This document shows, one piece after another, positions 60,121 to 64,000 of a DNA stretch of 64,000 nucleotides. Below the pieces are notes generated by a model. It had not been told where the DNA came from, did not search any database, and saw only the letters and a program-made list of their open reading frames with translations. Within the stretch, counting starts at the first letter, position 1; each line of letters begins with the position of its first letter. The stretch comes from Syntrophaceae bacterium UBA7520. GTDB lineage: Bacteria > Desulfobacterota > Syntrophia > Syntrophales > Smithellaceae. The stretch is from the NCBI GenBank assembly GCA_002478265.1, contig DLNC01000009.1, positions 3,452 to 67,451 of the forward strand, in the 5' to 3' direction. The position numbers and the translations under genes are program-made.

Positions 60121-61623
60121 ATGCGGCAGAAAAAAGCATTATTCTTTACTTTGATTCTTACCTTATTTTTTTCCTTTAGTTTAACCTCTCACGGCTGGCA
60201 GGGCAGGATGGCGGGGATGGAGGATCCCTACGGATTGGTCGGCGATGAATACGATTATCTGATTCACGTGGCAAAAATCGCTGAAGGCAAAGGGTTTAAT
60301 TTCTACGGCGGCTATCGTTTTACCTACACCGAAGTGGATAAATACGAAACCCGGATAAGTTCCGCCCCTTACGGTTTTAATTTTTCCGGCGAAGAATTCA
60401 AGCATGACGCTTTGGTTGGAAGTTCTTTTGCCTTGGGACCGGGCAGAATGGGAATATTTTTTTCCTATCAAGGCGTCAGAGGGGATTTTGACACGGGCCT
60501 TCTTCCTACGGAAGATAGTAGTTTTGTCGGATTGAAAAACAAGGATAAACTTGACGATTTTTCCTTAAGGGTCATGTACGGGATTCCCGTGGGCGGATTT
60601 GCCCTGGGGGCAGAAACCGGCGTAGCCTACTGGCAGGAAAAAAACAGCCTTCTTATTTACAATGATGAAGGTGAAGGATATATCAATTTTCATTTGATTG
60701 AGGGTTATCAGATGAATCTGTCCTTACCGCCTTTTCCTGCATACGATTCAGCTTACTGGGAAATTCCGTTGAAGGTGGGCCTGAGCGGGAAAATGGGTCC
60801 GCTGGATACACAATTCACCTTGCGCGGCGGATTTATCGTTGGCGGGGATAACACCCTGACATTCGGAGCGTATGAACCGGGGGACTCCGCCTATGATGAT
60901 TTGGACGGCGACACAAAAGGCTGGTCTGTGGGTGGAGATTTATGGTTGCGCTACCATCTGGGCAACGGCCTTTCCCTGCCCTTTATCGTGAGCGCTGATT
61001 ACCGCGACAAAAAAAGAAAAGCCCGAGGAACGTTGTGGAATCTGGATCCTGATATATATTTAGATTGCAAGAACAAGGAAACCTCATTTAACCTGACGCT
61101 GGGCGGTGGTGTGGACAAGGCGATTGGCCAACAAACCCGTTTGGCCGCGGGCATTTACTATAGCTATCTCAACAGCAATAAATATATGCGTCTGACGGTT
61201 TTCGATGAAGGGGACTATGACGGCGAAGTATTTTTTGACGATTTTCCCTCTTCTTCAGAACATCGCGCCACGTTGCGTTTGGCGGGCGAGCACGCTCTTT
61301 CACCGGTGGTCGCGCTGCGGGGTGGCCTAGGTTTCTTTTACGGATTAGTCACGCAGGACACTGTTTTTGGGTTTAGAGATGCTACTGAAACAAAAGCGAA
61401 GCTTGCCGCTGACGGTTACCGCTGGGGGGCGGGCGCTTCTTTTGGCGCTTCCATTAAGTTAACCCCGGTCACGCTGGAGCCGTTCCTCAACGCCGGTTAT
61501 CAATACATGAAGCTCACTGCGGATATATATGAAGACGGCTCTTTGATCCCGGGAGCTGACCGCAAGGACAAACGCAACCAGTGGTATGTGGGCGGCGGTT
61601 TGGCGGTCAAATTCGGCCAGTAA
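60121..61623 (+). CDS. Outer-membrane beta-barrel protein with a FadL-like N-terminus
   Basis: Signal peptide; GRMAGM.DPYGLV.DE; alternating Gly/aromatic strands; ends VGGGLAVKFGQ. Confidence 0.7.
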   Translation: MRQKKALFFTLILTLFFSFSLTSHGWQGRMAGMEDPYGLVGDEYDYLIHVAKIAEGKGFNFYGGYRFTYTEVDKYETRISSAPYGFNFSGEEFKHDALVGSSFALGPGRMGIFFSYQGVRGDFDTGLLPTEDSSFVGLKNKDKLDDFSLRVMYGIPVGGFALGAETGVAYWQEKNSLLIYNDEGEGYINFHLIEGYQMNLSLPPFPAYDSAYWEIPLKVGLSGKMGPLDTQFTLRGGFIVGGDNTLTFGAYEPGDSAYDDLDGDTKGWSVGGDLWLRYHLGNGLSLPFIVSADYRDKKRKARGTLWNLDPDIYLDCKNKETSFNLTLGGGVDKAIGQQTRLAAGIYYSYLNSNKYMRLTVFDEGDYDGEVFFDDFPSSSEHRATLRLAGEHALSPVVALRGGLGFFYGLVTQDTVFGFRDATETKAKLAADGYRWGAGASFGASIKLTPVTLEPFLNAGYQYMKLTADIYEDGSLIPGADRKDKRNQWYVGGGLAVKFGQ

Positions 61624-61652
61624 ATTTTTCAACAGTTCATTTTCTTAATTGA

Positions 61653-61682
61653 AGCGCCCGGGATTAAATCCCGGGCGCTTTT
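61653..61682. repeat. 30-bp hairpin, copy 1 (terminator-like)
   Basis: AGCGCCCGGGATTAAATCCCGGGCGCTTTT. Confidence 0.8.
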
Positions 61683-61699
61683 AGAAAGGGGGGCAATTT

Positions 61700-62056
61700 A
61701 TGAAAAGTATCAAATTTATTTTCATCATCGTTGGTTTATTGTTTGCCGTTGTGTCCTTGCTTAAAACGGATATTGCTTTTGCCGGAAGTGGCGGCGGCAC
61801 ATACGGCAAATGGGAATGCGAAAAAAGCGCGCCGGATCAGTTTTATTGCATCGGCATCGGAAAAGGGGCGGCAAAAGACGTGGAAAAATTGACCGTCAAA
61901 GCGCCCAAGACAGAGGAAAAGGCAAAGGCCCGCTGTATCTGGATATGTGAAAAAGAATGCTGGACCGGCAAGGATGGAAAACGGCATTGCGTGGAAATAT
62001 GCCGCGGCAACGGCTCCGCTTGCGATCGGGAGCTTCAGGCCGGCATTATTCCATAA
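61700..62056 (+). CDS. Secreted Cys-rich hypothetical protein (8 Cys)
   Basis: Signal peptide ending AFA; mature region has eight Cys; G-rich RBS. Confidence 0.65.
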   Translation: MKSIKFIFIIVGLLFAVVSLLKTDIAFAGSGGGTYGKWECEKSAPDQFYCIGIGKGAAKDVEKLTVKAPKTEEKAKARCIWICEKECWTGKDGKRHCVEICRGNGSACDRELQAGIIP

Positions 62057-62090
62057 GCAAAGCGGCATAAAAAAATTTTCTTATCATGAC

Positions 62091-62120
62091 AGCGCCCGAG
62101 ATTAAATCCCGGGCGCTTTT
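62091..62120. repeat. 30-bp hairpin, copy 2
   Basis: AGCGCCCGAGATTAAATCCCGGGCGCTTTT, 29/30 identical to copy 1. Confidence 0.8.
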
Positions 62121-62125
62121 TTATT

Positions 62126-62279
62126 TTGTCCTCGCGCGCGAAGCGAAGCGATCCATAGTGCCCCAAAAAGATTGCTTCGTCACTTTGTCTTTCGCGATGA
62201 CAAAGAGGGTAAAGTCATTGCGAAGGACGCTTCAGCGAAGTGAAGCAATCTTGTTTTTTGGTCAGGACATCGCCGCGCC
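62126..62279. repeat. Tandem REP-like palindromic elements
   Basis: TTGTCCTCGCG..CGAAGCGATC / GATTGCTTCG..TCGCGATGACAA, then GTCATTGCGA..TGAAGCAATC with a broken right arm. Confidence 0.7.
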
Positions 62280-62780
62280 GACTTGCGCCGGATTAATGAC
62301 TTTAATCTGTTCCAGAATTTTTTCCAGGGATACCTCGACCAGAACAAATAAATTTTTCGCCGCCGCTCCGATCCGGTCACTGCGCAACTTAATCTGACTG
62401 GGCGACTCCTCACCGGAAACGTATAAAACCTTCAATCCTTTATGCGCCAGATTATGCATGACTTGCAGCATCAGCGTGGATTTGCCGATGCCCGGTTCTC
62501 CGCCGATCAGGATGGCCGACCCGCCGACAATGCCGCCGCCCAGCACCCGGTCAACCTCCGCGATACCCGTGACGGTTCGTTTGCCATCCTCCAGCGGAAT
62601 ATCTTCGATGGGCAGGGGCTTGCCGCCAAAGCTCATATCCGCACGGCTGTCCGAACCGGACTCGACAATCAACTCCTCGGCAAAGCAGTTCCAGCCGTTG
62701 CACGAAGGACATTTCCCCAACCATTTTGGCGACATATAACCGCAATGCTGACAAAAGAAACCCGTCTTGCTCTTTTTCAA
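62262..62780 (-). pseudogene. radA: 3'-truncated DNA repair protein RadA/Sms
   Basis: AAGGAG and TTG start, zinc finger CQHC..KWLGKCPSC, Walker A GEPGIGKS, YVSGEES. Stops just before Walker B (DSIQ); no KNRFG motif or Lon-like domain. Confidence 0.85.
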
Positions 62781-62948
62781 ATTTGATTTCTCCTTGGCTG
62801 AAAGCGAAGAAAAGCATATTTCTCTTTGCCGTGTCAACATGAATTAGGCCTTGTTATTTTCACCTCATTATTTCCCTCTTGACAATAGGACGTTCGTCCT
62901 ACTATGAATCATTCCTTCGCGGTTAACATCATATCCAGTGAGGTAGAT

Positions 62949-64000
62949 ATGGCATTGCCGGCAGCCTCATACCACCCCCGCCGCCCGCAAGATACGGATT
63001 ATTACCACTGCGTCGAGGACTATTTTGAAATTTTTGTGCAGGAATATGACGACCGTTTCTCGCGGCAATACGGCTTCTGGCGGCCCTATGTCGAAAAAGT
63101 GATCTATCGTTACTTGGATTGCGGTGATCTGCGTCACGGCTTTGCCCGAGTCAAATGCAAAGACTGCGGCCATGAATACCTGCTGGCCTTCTCGTGTAAG
63201 CGCCGTCATTTCTGCCCGTCCTGCCATCAGAAGCGCGTGGTGGAATTCGGAGAATGGCTCTGCATGGATGTCCTTAAGAAGGTCCCTCACCGGCATTTTA
63301 TTTTCAGCATCCCGAAAATCCTTCGTCGCTATTTTCTATATGATCGAAAGCTTCTTGCCGGTCTCAGCCGCTGCGCCTGGGAATCCCTGAAAGTTTTCAT
63401 GCAGCAGGCCGTACCGGAAAAGGCACCCATCCCCGGCGCGGTCATCGCCATGCAGACGTTTGGTGATTTTCTTGGATTCAATCCGCACTGCCACATTCTC
63501 GTAACAGATGGATGCTTCTATGGCCAAAAAGGCATGTTTCGCGTCGCCCCGCCACTGGAACTCAAAAAGCTGGAAGCCATCTTCCGGCACAAGGTATTCA
63601 AGATGCTCCTCAACAGGGGTAAGATAACGAAAGAGATGATTGCCATGCTCTCTACATGGCGGCACTCCGGCTTTAATGTCTTCTGCGGCAACCGCATCTT
63701 GCCGAAAGCTCAAACGGCGATGGAAAATCTGGCGCGTTATATCATCCGGGCATCCTTCTCTCAGGAGCGCATGAAGTACCTGGAACAGGAAGGAACGGTC
63801 ATCTATACAGCAAAAGATGGCAAGACAAACAAAAATTTCCCCGCTTTGGAATGGCTGGCCGCCATGTGTTCGCATATCCCTAACCGGGGAGAGCAGATGG
63901 TCAGGTATTACGGCTATTACAGCAATGTCTCGCGCGGGAAACGAAAAGAGGCGGGAGCAGACGATGCCCTTCCCAGCATTCTCGAACCGGAGGGAAATGC
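62949..64000 (+). mobile_element. IS91-family rolling-circle (HUH) transposase, runs off the window end
   Basis: Missing from the ORF track. Read from ATG 62949: zinc-binding YLDCG..CKDC..FSCKRRHFCPSC, HUH motif NPHCHIL, LARYIIR, VRYYGYYSN. Confidence 0.9.

Noticed and set aside
62967-63875. Minus-strand ORFs of 109 and 179 aa
   Set aside because: They are antisense to the IS91-family transposase frame.

Overview
A 64-kb chromosomal window from an anaerobic Gram-negative bacterium. The gene content points to a syntrophic deltaproteobacterium of the Syntrophales/Smithella type (inference). In order: (1) a ModE-type regulator with a Mo/W ABC transporter, FmdE, DUF364, FdhD and MobB, next to a Tat-exported, selenocysteine-containing formate dehydrogenase (fdnGHI; in-frame TGA at 8018-8020 followed by a SECIS-like hairpin). 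(2) A mostly minus-strand acyl-CoA catabolic block with four 4-hydroxybutyryl-CoA dehydratase (AbfD)-family paralogues, two of them a near-identical tandem pair with a remodelled active site, plus hydrolases, SDRs, an OYE-type Fe-S flavoenzyme, an enoyl-CoA hydratase and a TetR. (3) A standalone TIR-like gene. (4) A PAS histidine kinase and sigma54 activator, then enhancer-like palindromes and a consensus sigma54 promoter, ahead of two globin-like proteins, a complete N-type ATPase operon whose c subunit lacks the Na+ signature, and a Cys-rich cytidylate-kinase-like gene. (5) A 33-aa membrane peptide under a perfect sigma70 promoter. (6) A siroheme/Ahb haem operon, prmA-rsmE and tRNA-Phe. (7) An accessory tail: B12 radical SAM plus DarB-like ketosynthase, hicBA, a beta-barrel gene, a hairpin-flanked Cys-rich secreted protein, a radA truncated at a palindromic repeat, and an IS91-family transposase running off the window. 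No CRISPR array or rRNA was seen. The best candidates for an undescribed system are the sigma54/globin-sensor-linked N-ATPase module and the multi-paralogue radical dehydratase cluster. All calls come from reading motifs by eye; no searches were run.
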